DNA of 32,000 bases from positions 90,001-122,000 of the forward strand of contig CP060262.1 in assembly GCA_022646745.1 (NCBI GenBank). Reading direction: 5' to 3'. A program made the position numbers and the translations under genes. Below the pieces are notes generated by a model that ran no database searches, was not told where the DNA came from, and worked only from the letters and a program-made list of their open reading frames with translations. The stretch comes from Planctomycetales bacterium (GTDB lineage: Bacteria; 4484-113; JAFGCY01). Positions 1 through 8,746 of the stretch are shown here, in pieces; within the stretch, counting starts at the first letter, position 1, and every line of letters starts with the position of its first letter.

Positions 1-3000
1 GTTTCGATCCTCCCAGCCTTGCTGCTGGGGATTGCCAGCCTGTCCTGCGGCGGGAAGCAGCAGGGCCTGGAACCAGCAACGGAAACCGCACTGCAGACCG
101 GGCAGCCGCTCGAAGGAATTCCCGGCTGGCCTTCCGCTGTACCAATTGACAAGGTACAGCCCTGGGAGCAGCTTGACGGCAACGGCCAGGTCATTCCCGC
201 ACAGCGCACAGCCAGCGCCATCAACCAGCAAAGTGAGTTCATCCCCGGTGTGGAGCGCTTCACTTCCTCCGGCAATGTGACTGACAACGGCGAAGCCAGC
301 AGGATTGCCAGTACCGCCGGCACCAGCGCGCAGGCCACCTTCCGCATCCAGCTCGCTGGCGGTCATCCCGGTGTTGTCAGCGTGGATGCCAACCTGCTGG
401 CCGGCAAGGGCTACTACCTCGGCCTCGCCGACTACGGCAGCGGCCGCTGGCAGTGGCACGGCCCGTTCACCGACAACCATGTGCGCATCTCCACCGCCCT
501 GCAGGGCCCCTACACTTCCAGCCTCGGCAACCTGTTCATCAGCGTGCTGGTGCACGGCGGCACAGCAGCCGACATCGTCGGCATCGGCATGAACCCGGAG
601 GACCCGGCGGACAGCAGCGCTCCACCCCAGCCCAGCGGCCTGTCAGCCACTGCGCTCAACGGTACCCTGCTGCTTGACTGGGACAGCGTGATCGCAGGCG
701 ACCTGGCCGGTTACCGGATCTACCACTCAGGCGCTGAATTCACCAGCGGCGACGAGGCGGGCGTGCTCCGGCTTGACAGCCTGGAGGGCTTCAACCAGCA
801 CCTGCTGGCCCTGCCGTCCGGCAATGCGGCGTACGTCCGCGTCAGTGCCGTTGACATCTCCGGCAATGAGTCCCCGCTCAGTGAGATCGCTTCCGCTGTC
901 CCGCTTGCAGGAACTCCGCCGCAACTGGCAATAAACGTTGACAAGCCCAGCGGGATGCTGTCCGAATCCGTATCGCTGACAGCCAGCGGTGCAGAGCTGT
1001 ATGACTTCGACCTGGACGGCGACGGCATCTATGACATCACCGGCAGCTCGTCAGGCAGCGCCCAGGTTGATACAACCAGCCTCGGCATCATCCGGCCAAG
1101 GGTGCGTGGCACAGGCCCGGAGGGTACGGCGGTGGCGCTCGGCGCCGTCAGCCTGGTGGTCACCGGCAACAGCCGCCCGGTGGCTGTCGCCAGCTCCGAC
1201 CTGTCAAGCGGGGCCGCCCCGCTGGATGTCAGCTTCAGCGGCAGCGAAAGCACGGACTTCGACGGCAGCGTGGTCGGTGGTGGCTGGGACTTCGACGGTG
1301 ACGGCACATACGATGTCTGGGACGACACGGACATCGTGCATGTCACTTCCGCCATGCACACTTACTCCGCGGCCGGCGTCTACAACGCCAAGCTGCGTGT
1401 GCTGGATGACCAGGGGGCATGGGACGTGGACACGGTCACAATCGTCGTCACGCCCGAACCCGACCCTGACAACATCGATCCGTCCGCACACCTCTCCGTT
1501 GACCCGACATACGGCGACACGGGAGTCCTCGTGACACTGGATGCTTCCAGCTCCGCAGACCTTGATGGCAGCATCGTTCTGTACGAGTACGACTTCAATG
1601 GCGACGGCCTGTATGACGGAAGCGGCGCCGTGAGCAGCATCAGCCGCAAGTACGATGAGATGGGTGTATTCAATGTCGGCGTACGAGTCACGGATGACAA
1701 CGGCGCGCAGGACACAGCAACTGCCAGCCTGCGCATCAACGAAGTGCCCAGCCTGCACACCTCCTGGCCAGGCCTTGGCCGTGACAACCGCAACACGCGG
1801 CGCAGTCCGTACAACGGGGCGCAGACCAACAGTGTGAAGTGGGCATTCAGTCCAGGCGGTTCGGTGTCTTCATCACCTGCCATCGGCAGCGACGGGACGA
1901 TATATGTCGGCAGTGCAAACCACAGGATTAACGCAATCAATCCGGACGGCACCCTCAAGTGGTACTACACTACACCTGAAGGATTCTATTCTTCACCTGC
2001 CATTGGCGATGATGGCAAGATCTATATCGGCGGGGCTGCATTCCACAACGTCATCTACTGCTTCAGCCCCGGCGGCCAGTTGCTCTGGAACTTCACCACT
2101 GGGGGACATGTTGAATCTTCTCCAGCCATCGCGCCTGATGGCACCGTCTACATTGGCAGCGACGATGACAATCTGTATGCGCTGAATGCGAATGGCACCC
2201 TGAAGTGGACCTTCGAAGCCGGAGGGAATGTGCAGTCCTCTGCTGCCATCGGGGCTGATGGCACGGTGTATGTGGGAAGCCACGCCAACAAACTCTATGC
2301 AATCAACCCGGACGGCACGCAGCAGTGGGCATTCGACACTGGCAATTCAATCTACGGCTCGCCGGCCATCGGCCCGGACGGCACGGTGTACTTCGGCTGC
2401 CTTGACTGGAAGCTCTATGCTGTCAACCCGGATGGCACGGAGGCCTGGTCCTACCTGACAGGTGAAAACATCCAGTCATCTCCGGCCATTGCCGTGGATG
2501 GTACGGTGTACATCGGCAGTGCTGACGGCAGTCTCCATGCAGTCAACCCGGACGGAAGCGGGAAATGGACCTATGCAACAGGGCTCGTGGTTGATTCATC
2601 CCCGGCCATCGGCGCTGACGGCACGGTCTACGTGGGTGGCTGGGATGATAAGGTGCATGCCATCAACCCTGATGGGAGCCTCAAATGGGAGTATCTCACT
2701 GGAAACAACGTGCGTTCCAGCCCGGCAATCGGGGCAGACGGCACCGTTTACATCGGCAGTGTTGACTCCAGGCTGTACGCCTTCGGCGCTCCGCAGGGCA
2801 ACCTGCCGCCGGTCGCCGACCTGCAGGCCGATGCCTACAGCGGCAATGAACCGCTGACAGTGAACTTCAGTGCCCTGGACAGTTCTGACCCGGACGGCAG
2901 CATCGTGGACTACGAATGGGACTTCAATGGCGACCTTTTATTCGGTGACCCGGGCGATGAGACCTTCAACAGGGGCGAGGCTGCTCCGCAGGTCGACTTC

Positions 3001-4116
3001 TCCGCCGGCATCTATGTCTGCAGCGTCCGTGTGACGGATGACCAGGGTGCCACAGCCATTGCCACTGTCACCATCACATCGCACGGCGATGCGGACTACA
3101 CAGTGGATCCGGATGACTTCGTCGGCTATGACTGCTCGATGGCCATCGTGGCTGGATTGCCTGCGATAGCCTACTACGATGATGCCAACGGTGGCCTCAG
3201 GTATGCCCGTGCACAGAACGAACAGGGCTCCTCCTGGTCAGTGCAGACCATCGACTCCTCCGGCAGCACGGGGCACAACCCCTCGCTGGCGGTGATCGAC
3301 GGCAGGCCGGCGATCGCATATGCCGACTTCTCCGCCCCCAGTCTTTCCTATGTCCGTTCCAACGATGGCGTTGGCAACAGCTGGGGGTCCATCGTCACCG
3401 TTGATGCCGGCAACACGGGCTATTCCGCCGACCTGCTGGTGGTCGGAGGCTTCCCCGCAATCGCCTACATGTACAACACAGACAAGGACGTGATGTATGT
3501 GCGGGCCACGGATGCCCAGGGCGGCGGCTGGGGAACTCCCGTCACCGTCTACGCACCGGGCACCAACGGCAGTTACCTGTCCGCTGAGGTCGTGGCCGGC
3601 AACCCGGCGATCGCCTACTACGAGGATGACAATGACAACCTGATGTATGTACGGGCCACGGACACGCTCGGCTCCAGCTGGCCCGTGCCCACCACCTTGG
3701 ATGGGACCGACATGGTGGGCAAGCACTGCTCGATGGCGATCGTGAACGGCAATCCCGCAATTGCATATTACGATGAAACAAACCAGGACCTGAACTACAT
3801 CCGGGCGACATCCAACACGGGCAGCATCTGGGGCATGATCTCCGTCATCGGTGGAGCAAGCCAGATCGGCACGGAAGCCAGTCTGGCGGTGATTGCCGGC
3901 CGGCCGGCGATCGCCTGCCACAAGCTGGTGGACTTCGACCTGATGTACGTACGTTCCAATGACAACATCGGAAACAGCTGGCCGACACCAACGGCAATCG
4001 CAACCTCTGATTCTTCCGGTGAATCAACCTCGCTGCTTGAGTACCAGGATGACCCGGCGATTGCCTACCGGATCACCGGTGCCACTCCCTACCTGAGGTA
4101 CATCAGGCTGTACTGA
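1..4116 (+). CDS. Giant surface lipoprotein, 5'-truncated by window edge (conserved N-module + FN3 + PKD repeats + PQQ/BamB-like beta-propeller + PKD + BNR/Asp-box-like repeat domain)
   Basis: Frame 1 is open from base 1. The first residues, VSILPALLLGIASLSCGG, align with the signal peptide/lipobox (FTCLSCGG) of the downstream paralog, so the true start lies upstream of the window; the track's TTG at 19 is internal. Modules readable in the translation: FN3-like (LSATALNGTLLLDWD...GYRIYHS...VSAVDISGNESPLS); PKD-type repeats (DFDLDGDGIYD, WDFDGDGTYD, YEYDFNGDGLYD, YEWDFNGD); about 8 PQQ-like blades (SSPAIGxDGTVYVGSxxxKLYAINPDGTxKW); and about 7 repeats of GxPAIAYYDxxxxxLxYVRAxDxxGxxW, which resemble BNR/Asp-box SxDxGxxW blades. 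Confidence 0.85.
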   Translation, partial: VSILPALLLGIASLSCGGKQQGLEPATETALQTGQPLEGIPGWPSAVPIDKVQPWEQLDGNGQVIPAQRTASAINQQSEFIPGVERFTSSGNVTDNGEASRIASTAGTSAQATFRIQLAGGHPGVVSVDANLLAGKGYYLGLADYGSGRWQWHGPFTDNHVRISTALQGPYTSSLGNLFISVLVHGGTAADIVGIGMNPEDPADSSAPPQPSGLSATALNGTLLLDWDSVIAGDLAGYRIYHSGAEFTSGDEAGVLRLDSLEGFNQHLLALPSGNAAYVRVSAVDISGNESPLSEIASAVPLAGTPPQLAINVDKPSGMLSESVSLTASGAELYDFDLDGDGIYDITGSSSGSAQVDTTSLGIIRPRVRGTGPEGTAVALGAVSLVVTGNSRPVAVASSDLSSGAAPLDVSFSGSESTDFDGSVVGGGWDFDGDGTYDVWDDTDIVHVTSAMHTYSAAGVYNAKLRVLDDQGAWDVDTVTIVVTPEPDPDNIDPSAHLSVDPTYGDTGVLVTLDASSSADLDGSIVLYEYDFNGDGLYDGSGAVSSISRKYDEMGVFNVGVRVTDDNGAQDTATASLRINEVPSLHTSWPGLGRDNRNTRRSPYNGAQTNSVKWAFSPGGSVSSSPAIGSDGTIYVGSANHRINAINPDGTLKWYYTTPEGFYSSPAIGDDGKIYIGGAAFHNVIYCFSPGGQLLWNFTTGGHVESSPAIAPDGTVYIGSDDDNLYALNANGTLKWTFEAGGNVQSSAAIGADGTVYVGSHANKLYAINPDGTQQWAFDTGNSIYGSPAIGPDGTVYFGCLDWKLYAVNPDGTEAWSYLTGENIQSSPAIAVDGTVYIGSADGSLHAVNPDGSGKWTYATGLVVDSSPAIGADGTVYVGGWDDKVHAINPDGSLKWEYLTGNNVRSSPAIGADGTVYIGSVDSRLYAFGAPQGNLPPVADLQADAYSGNEPLTVNFSALDSSDPDGSIVDYEWDFNGDLLFGDPGDETFNRGEAAPQVDFSAGIYVCSVRVTDDQGATAIATVTITSHGDADYTVDPDDFVGYDCSMAIVAGLPAIAYYDDANGGLRYARAQNEQGSSWSVQTIDSSGSTGHNPSLAVIDGRPAIAYADFSAPSLSYVRSNDGVGNSWGSIVTVDAGNTGYSADLLVVGGFPAIAYMYNTDKDVMYVRATDAQGGGWGTPVTVYAPGTNGSYLSAEVVAGNPAIAYYEDDNDNLMYVRATDTLGSSWPVPTTLDGTDMVGKHCSMAIVNGNPAIAYYDETNQDLNYIRATSNTGSIWGMISVIGGASQIGTEASLAVIAGRPAIACHKLVDFDLMYVRSNDNIGNSWPTPTAIATSDSSGESTSLLEYQDDPAIAYRITGATPYLRYIRLY

Positions 4117-4153
4117 TGCCAGGCCAGATCCGGGTGCATCTGGATTCCATGGA

Positions 4154-4181
4154 GGGGCTGCTTAGGCAGCCCCTTTCTTTT
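4154..4181 (+). terminator. Rho-independent terminator of paralog 1
   Basis: Perfect 8-bp stem GGGGCTGC (4154-4161), loop TTAG, GCAGCCCC (4166-4173), then TTTCTTTT. Lies 38 nt after the stop codon. Confidence 0.75.
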
Positions 4182-4184
4182 ACA

Positions 4185-4256
4185 GCTTCTGCTCCTGCTT
4201 CTGCTTCTGTTTCTGCTTCTGCTTCTGATTCTCCTTCTCCTTCTGCTTCTGTTTCT
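4185..4256. repeat. Hexanucleotide tandem repeat, 12 units, consensus GCTTCT
   Basis: Read directly: GCTTCT GCTCCT GCTTCT GCTTCT GTTTCT GCTTCT GCTTCT GATTCT CCTTCT CCTTCT GCTTCT GTTTCT. Starts 3 nt after the terminator T-run. Confidence 0.9.
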
Positions 4257-4339
4257 GCCCACTGCGTGCCACGCCGCAGGCGTGGTTGCCAGCCTACGCT
4301 CTGGCCTCCCATCCGCCATGCCCGGCGCTCCAGTCCGGA

Positions 4340-4369
4340 TTGACGCTATCCGCGAGTCTCAATTACAAT
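4340..4369 (+). promoter_or_regulatory. Sigma70-like promoter for paralog 2
   Basis: TTGACG (4340-4345), 18-nt spacer, TACAAT (4364-4369), about 50 nt upstream of ATG 4420. The GGAGAGG Shine-Dalgarno lies at 4410-4416. Confidence 0.5.
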
Positions 4370-4419
4370 TCCCACTGACCGGCCCGGCCGGCTTACTTAT
4401 ATGTGTTCCGGAGAGGGCC

Positions 4420-7400
4420 ATGCGGTCTTACACTGATAACCATCCCGGCGTCCTGCGCCTGCTGTCCATCCTTGCCGCTTCATTGCTCGGATTCACCTGC
4501 CTGTCCTGCGGCGGGAACCGGCCATCCCTGGACGCCGGTCTGGCGGGGCCGAATGCGGCTGGCAAGCCTGCTGATGAGCTGACCGGCTGGCCAGGCAGCC
4601 TGCCGCAGGACCGCCTGCAGCCCTGGGAACAGCTCGACGAAAACGGGAATGTCGTCCCGGCCAATCGCTCCTCAAGCAGCATCAACCTCAACAGCGAGTT
4701 CATCCCCGGCGTGGAGCGGTTCAATTCCTCCGGCGATGTGACGGACAATGGCGACGCCAGCCACATTTCAAGCGTGGCCGGCACTTCCAGCCAGGCGATG
4801 TACCGTATCCCGCTCGCCGGTGGGCACCCCGGTGTGGTCAGTGTCGATGCCAACCTGCTGGCCGGCAAGGGCTACTACCTGGGCCTTGCCGATTATGGCA
4901 GCGGCCGCTGGAACTGGCACGGCCCATTCACTGACAACCATGTACGCATCTCCACTGCCCTGCAGGGGCCGTATACCTCCGGCCTCGGCAGCCTGTTCGT
5001 CAGCGTGCTGGTACACGGCGGCGGTGTAGCTGATGTGGTCGGTATCGGTGTGAACACGGAAGACCCTGCGGACACTACCGCTCCTGGCCAGCCCACCGGC
5101 CTGTCCGCCACCGCCCTCAATGGCGGCCTGCTGCTCAGCTGGGATGCGGTGGAAGACACTGGCCTGGCAGGCTACAGGATCTACTACTCCGCAGGCAGTT
5201 TCATCAGCGGCAGTGCCGCCGGTGTCAGCCATGTTGACAGCCTGGAAGGCCTGGCCAGGCACATGCTGCCTGCCTCTGGTTCCACCTTCATCAGGGTCTC
5301 CGCCCTCGACATCTCGGGCAACGAATCCCCACTGAGCGACATCGTTTCCGCCACTCCGCTGCCCGGCAGCTCCCCCGCCCTGCTGCTGTCAGTCGGCAAA
5401 CCGAGTGGCTCCCTGGCGGAGCCGATCAGCCTGACCGCCAGCGGCGCGGAGAGCTATGACTTCGACCTTGACGGTGACGGCACATACGATGTCACCGGCA
5501 GCACATCGGGAATGGCCCAGGTTGACACCTCCCGGCTCGGCATCATCCGTCCACGCGTGCGCGCCACCGGCACGGAAGGCACGGCTATTGCCCTCGGATC
5601 CGTCAGCCTCGTGATCAGTGGCAACAGCCGCCCGGTGGCGGTGGCCCTCGCCGATGTAGCATCAGGCACTGCCCCGCTGGATGTCAGCTTCAGCGGCTCA
5701 GACAGCACCGACTTCGACGGCAGCATCGTCGGAGGCGGCTGGGACTTTGACGGCGACGGTACATACGATGTCTGGGACGACAGCGACATCGTGCATGTGA
5801 CGGGTGCGGACCACAATTACTCCACCCCCGGCATCTACAATGCCAAGCTGCGAGTGCTTGACGACCAGGGTGCCTGGGATGTGGACAGTGTTGCGATCCT
5901 GGTGACTCCTGCCACGGATCCGGCCAATACTGCACCGGTTGCGGCTCTCACGGTAGATCCAGCCTTTGGCGACACCGGCATGCTGGTCACGCTTGACGCG
6001 TCGGCGTCCAATGACAGCGATGGCAGCATCGTGCTGTACGAGTATGACTTCGACGGCGACGGCCTGTTCGACGGTTCCGGCTCCGTGGACAGCATCACTC
6101 GCAAATTCCAGGAATCCGGGGTGTTCAGCCTGGCCGTGCGTGTCACTGACGACGACGGTGCGACGGCAATCGCGACGGCGATCCTGCGTGTCAACGAGCT
6201 TCCCGCCCTGCATACGCCCTGGCCTGCATTCGGCCGCGATGGCCGCAACACCCGCCGCAGCCCATTCATCGGGGCCCAGAGCAATGCACTCAATTGGACT
6301 TTTCTGAGCGCTGGCAACATCTCCGGCTCCCCGGTGATCACGTCGGACGGCGGCGTATGCATCCCGAGCGGCGATGGCAACCTCTACATGCTTGCCGCGG
6401 ACGGCAGCCTGGCATGGTCCTACAAGATCACGACCGGAGGATATGGTGCCCCGGCCATCGGCGTGGACGGTGCGCTGTACATCTGCGGCTTCGACGGTGA
6501 GTTGTACTGCCTCAACCCCGGTGGCAGCCTGCGCTGGACATTCACGACCGGTGACTTCCTCTATGCCTCGCCGGCGGTAGCTGCCAACGGCACCATATAC
6601 TTTGGCAGCGCGGACGGAAAGCTCTATGCCCTGAACCCGGATGGCAGCCTGCAATGGGCCTACGCCACGGGAGATTCCGTCCTGTCCACTCCCGCGATCG
6701 GGCCGGATGGCACGATCTACTTCGGCAGCAATGACTTCAAGCTTTACGCGATCAGGCCTGACGGCAGCTTGCTGTGGACCTTCACTGGCAACAACAACTT
6801 TGATGCACCACCCGCCATCGGCCCTGACGGAACGATTTACGTCGGCAATACCGATGGGACCTTCTATGCCATCAACCCTGATGGCTCTGCGCAGTGGTCA
6901 TATGCTACCGGCGGTGACATCTTCTCCAGCCCGGCGATCGCCGCGGATGGCACGATCTACTTTGGCAGCAATGACAGCAAGCTGTATGCGCTGGATCCCG
7001 ATGGCAACGAGCAGTGGTCATTCACGAGCGGGGGCGAGGTCTATTCCTCTTCTGCCATCGGAGCGGACGGAACAGTTTACTTCGGCAGCTATGACAACAA
7101 GGTGTATGCCCTCAAGCCGGACGGCTCCGAGCTCTGGTCCTACACCGCAGGCAATGACATTTCCTCCTCGCCGGCCATCGGGGTTGATGGCTCCGTGTAC
7201 ATTGCCTCAGACGATGGCAAGCTCTATGCCTTCGGGCAGAATGCCGGCAATGAAATCCCCCTGGCGGACCTCGCGGTCAGCCCTGACCCCGGCTATGCCG
7301 GGTTCACGGTGACGCTGGATGCCTCCAGCAGCTACGACCCCGACGGCAGCATCGTCATCTACGAGTGGGACTTCAACGGTGACGGCATCTATGACAGCTC

Positions 7401-8550
7401 CGGTCCTGCCGCATCGACAACCCACATCTACGCGGACATTGGCGTCTTCACTCCGGTAGTCCGAGTTACTGACAATGCCGGCGCGCAGGATACTGAGTCA
7501 AACACGGTGACCATTGTCGAATCTGCGCCGGTTGCGCTGGATTCGCTCGGGACGATATTCCAGGAAAACTCTCTGGAGGTGGTGGATGGCTTCCCCGCCG
7601 TTGCATACTACGACGACTGGTCCGCTGCCTTGAGTTACGTGCGGGCGACCAATGCCCAGGGCTCGGCATGGGGGTCACCGATCCAGCTTGACTCCATTGA
7701 TACGGGATACTACTGTTCGCTGGCCGTGGTGGATGGCTTTCCGGCCATCAGTTACCAGGCTACGGATACCTATGACCTCAAGTACGTGCGCGCCACCAAT
7801 GCCCAGGGCTCGGCCTGGGGTACACCGCTGGCAATTGACACCGTGGACAGCGTCGGCTGGTACACCTCACTGGCTGTCGTGGATGGCAACCCGGCCATCA
7901 GCTACTTCAATGATACTTCGGATGACCTGATGTACATACGTGCCAGCAATGCCCAGGGCTCGGCCTGGGGCAGCCCGCAGGCGGTGGATACGGCTGGCAG
8001 TGTCGGTTGGTTCACTTCTATGCTGGTGGTGGATGGCAATCCTGCGATCAGTTACCACAAACCAGCCAACGGCTATCTGAGGTATGTGCGCGCCAGCGAT
8101 GCCCAGGGCACTGCCTGGGGTGCTCCGGTGGACGTTGACACGAGCGGGGACGATTGCTACTTCATATCAATGGCGGTTGTGAACGGCAATCCGGCTGTCA
8201 GTTACTACAGTGATGGGGCCTTTGACCTGATGTATGCGCGTGCCACTGACGCGCAGGGTTCGGCATGGGGCGCTCCCCAGGTGCTTGATTCAACCGGTAT
8301 TGTCGGGCAGCATACCTCACTGGCCATGATCAGTGGTTTCCCGGCCATCAGCTATTACGACTTCACGAATGAGGACCTGAAGTACATCCGTGCCACGAAT
8401 GCCAATGGTTCCACATGGGACTCACCGCAGGCCGTTGAGACCGGTGACTACATCGGCATCTTCACTTCACTTGCCGAGATTCAGGGGCACGCCGGCATTG
8501 CCTACATCGATGGCATCAACTTCAAGCTGAAGTACGTGATCCTGCCCTAG
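4420..8550 (+). CDS. Giant surface lipoprotein, paralog 2 (same modular architecture as 1-4116)
   Basis: ATG 4420 is preceded by GGAGAGG (3-nt spacer) and opens MRSYTDNHPGVLRLLSILAASLLGFTCLSCGG (signal peptide + lipobox). The track start at 4282 lies upstream of the predicted promoter and has no signal peptide logic. The N-terminal ~190 aa are near-identical to paralog 1 (for example GHPGVVSVDANLLAGKGYYLGLADYGSGRW.WHGPFTDNHVRISTALQGPYTS). FN3, PKD, PQQ-like blades and PAISY/PAVAYYD...LKYVRATNAQGSAWG repeats follow. Confidence 0.9.
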   Translation: MRSYTDNHPGVLRLLSILAASLLGFTCLSCGGNRPSLDAGLAGPNAAGKPADELTGWPGSLPQDRLQPWEQLDENGNVVPANRSSSSINLNSEFIPGVERFNSSGDVTDNGDASHISSVAGTSSQAMYRIPLAGGHPGVVSVDANLLAGKGYYLGLADYGSGRWNWHGPFTDNHVRISTALQGPYTSGLGSLFVSVLVHGGGVADVVGIGVNTEDPADTTAPGQPTGLSATALNGGLLLSWDAVEDTGLAGYRIYYSAGSFISGSAAGVSHVDSLEGLARHMLPASGSTFIRVSALDISGNESPLSDIVSATPLPGSSPALLLSVGKPSGSLAEPISLTASGAESYDFDLDGDGTYDVTGSTSGMAQVDTSRLGIIRPRVRATGTEGTAIALGSVSLVISGNSRPVAVALADVASGTAPLDVSFSGSDSTDFDGSIVGGGWDFDGDGTYDVWDDSDIVHVTGADHNYSTPGIYNAKLRVLDDQGAWDVDSVAILVTPATDPANTAPVAALTVDPAFGDTGMLVTLDASASNDSDGSIVLYEYDFDGDGLFDGSGSVDSITRKFQESGVFSLAVRVTDDDGATAIATAILRVNELPALHTPWPAFGRDGRNTRRSPFIGAQSNALNWTFLSAGNISGSPVITSDGGVCIPSGDGNLYMLAADGSLAWSYKITTGGYGAPAIGVDGALYICGFDGELYCLNPGGSLRWTFTTGDFLYASPAVAANGTIYFGSADGKLYALNPDGSLQWAYATGDSVLSTPAIGPDGTIYFGSNDFKLYAIRPDGSLLWTFTGNNNFDAPPAIGPDGTIYVGNTDGTFYAINPDGSAQWSYATGGDIFSSPAIAADGTIYFGSNDSKLYALDPDGNEQWSFTSGGEVYSSSAIGADGTVYFGSYDNKVYALKPDGSELWSYTAGNDISSSPAIGVDGSVYIASDDGKLYAFGQNAGNEIPLADLAVSPDPGYAGFTVTLDASSSYDPDGSIVIYEWDFNGDGIYDSSGPAASTTHIYADIGVFTPVVRVTDNAGAQDTESNTVTIVESAPVALDSLGTIFQENSLEVVDGFPAVAYYDDWSAALSYVRATNAQGSAWGSPIQLDSIDTGYYCSLAVVDGFPAISYQATDTYDLKYVRATNAQGSAWGTPLAIDTVDSVGWYTSLAVVDGNPAISYFNDTSDDLMYIRASNAQGSAWGSPQAVDTAGSVGWFTSMLVVDGNPAISYHKPANGYLRYVRASDAQGTAWGAPVDVDTSGDDCYFISMAVVNGNPAVSYYSDGAFDLMYARATDAQGSAWGAPQVLDSTGIVGQHTSLAMISGFPAISYYDFTNEDLKYIRATNANGSTWDSPQAVETGDYIGIFTSLAEIQGHAGIAYIDGINFKLKYVILP

Positions 8551-8574
8551 CCGGCAACATCGAATTGCAACGGA

Positions 8575-8602
8575 GGGGCTGCTGCGGCAGCCCCTTCTTT
8601 TT
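8575..8602 (+). terminator. Rho-independent terminator of paralog 2
   Basis: GGGGCTGC (8575-8582), loop TGCG, GCAGCCCC (8587-8594), then TTCTTTTT. Same stem sequence as at 4154 and 10513. Confidence 0.75.
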
Positions 8603-8604
8603 CT

Positions 8605-8730
8605 GCTTCTGCTCCTGCTTCTGCTTCTGCTTCTGCTCCTGTTTCTGTTTCTGCTTCTGCTCCTGCTTCTGCTTCTGCTTCTGCTCCTGCTTCTGTTTCT
8701 GCTTCTGCTTCTGCTTCTGCTTCTGCTGCT
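8605..8730. repeat. Hexanucleotide tandem repeat, 21 units, consensus GCTTCT
   Basis: 21 contiguous hexamers (GCTTCT, GCTCCT, GTTTCT, final GCTGCT) with a recurring 24-nt super-unit GCTCCT-GCTTCT-GCTTCT-GCTTCT. Lies between the convergent stop codons at 8550 and 8747. Confidence 0.9.
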
Positions 8731-8746
8731 GCCCTCTGCCTCCTGC

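Noticed and set aside
8605-8730. Possible CRISPR array.
   Set aside because: The units are 6 nt and contiguous, with no spacers. This is a microsatellite, not a repeat-spacer array, and no cas genes are present.
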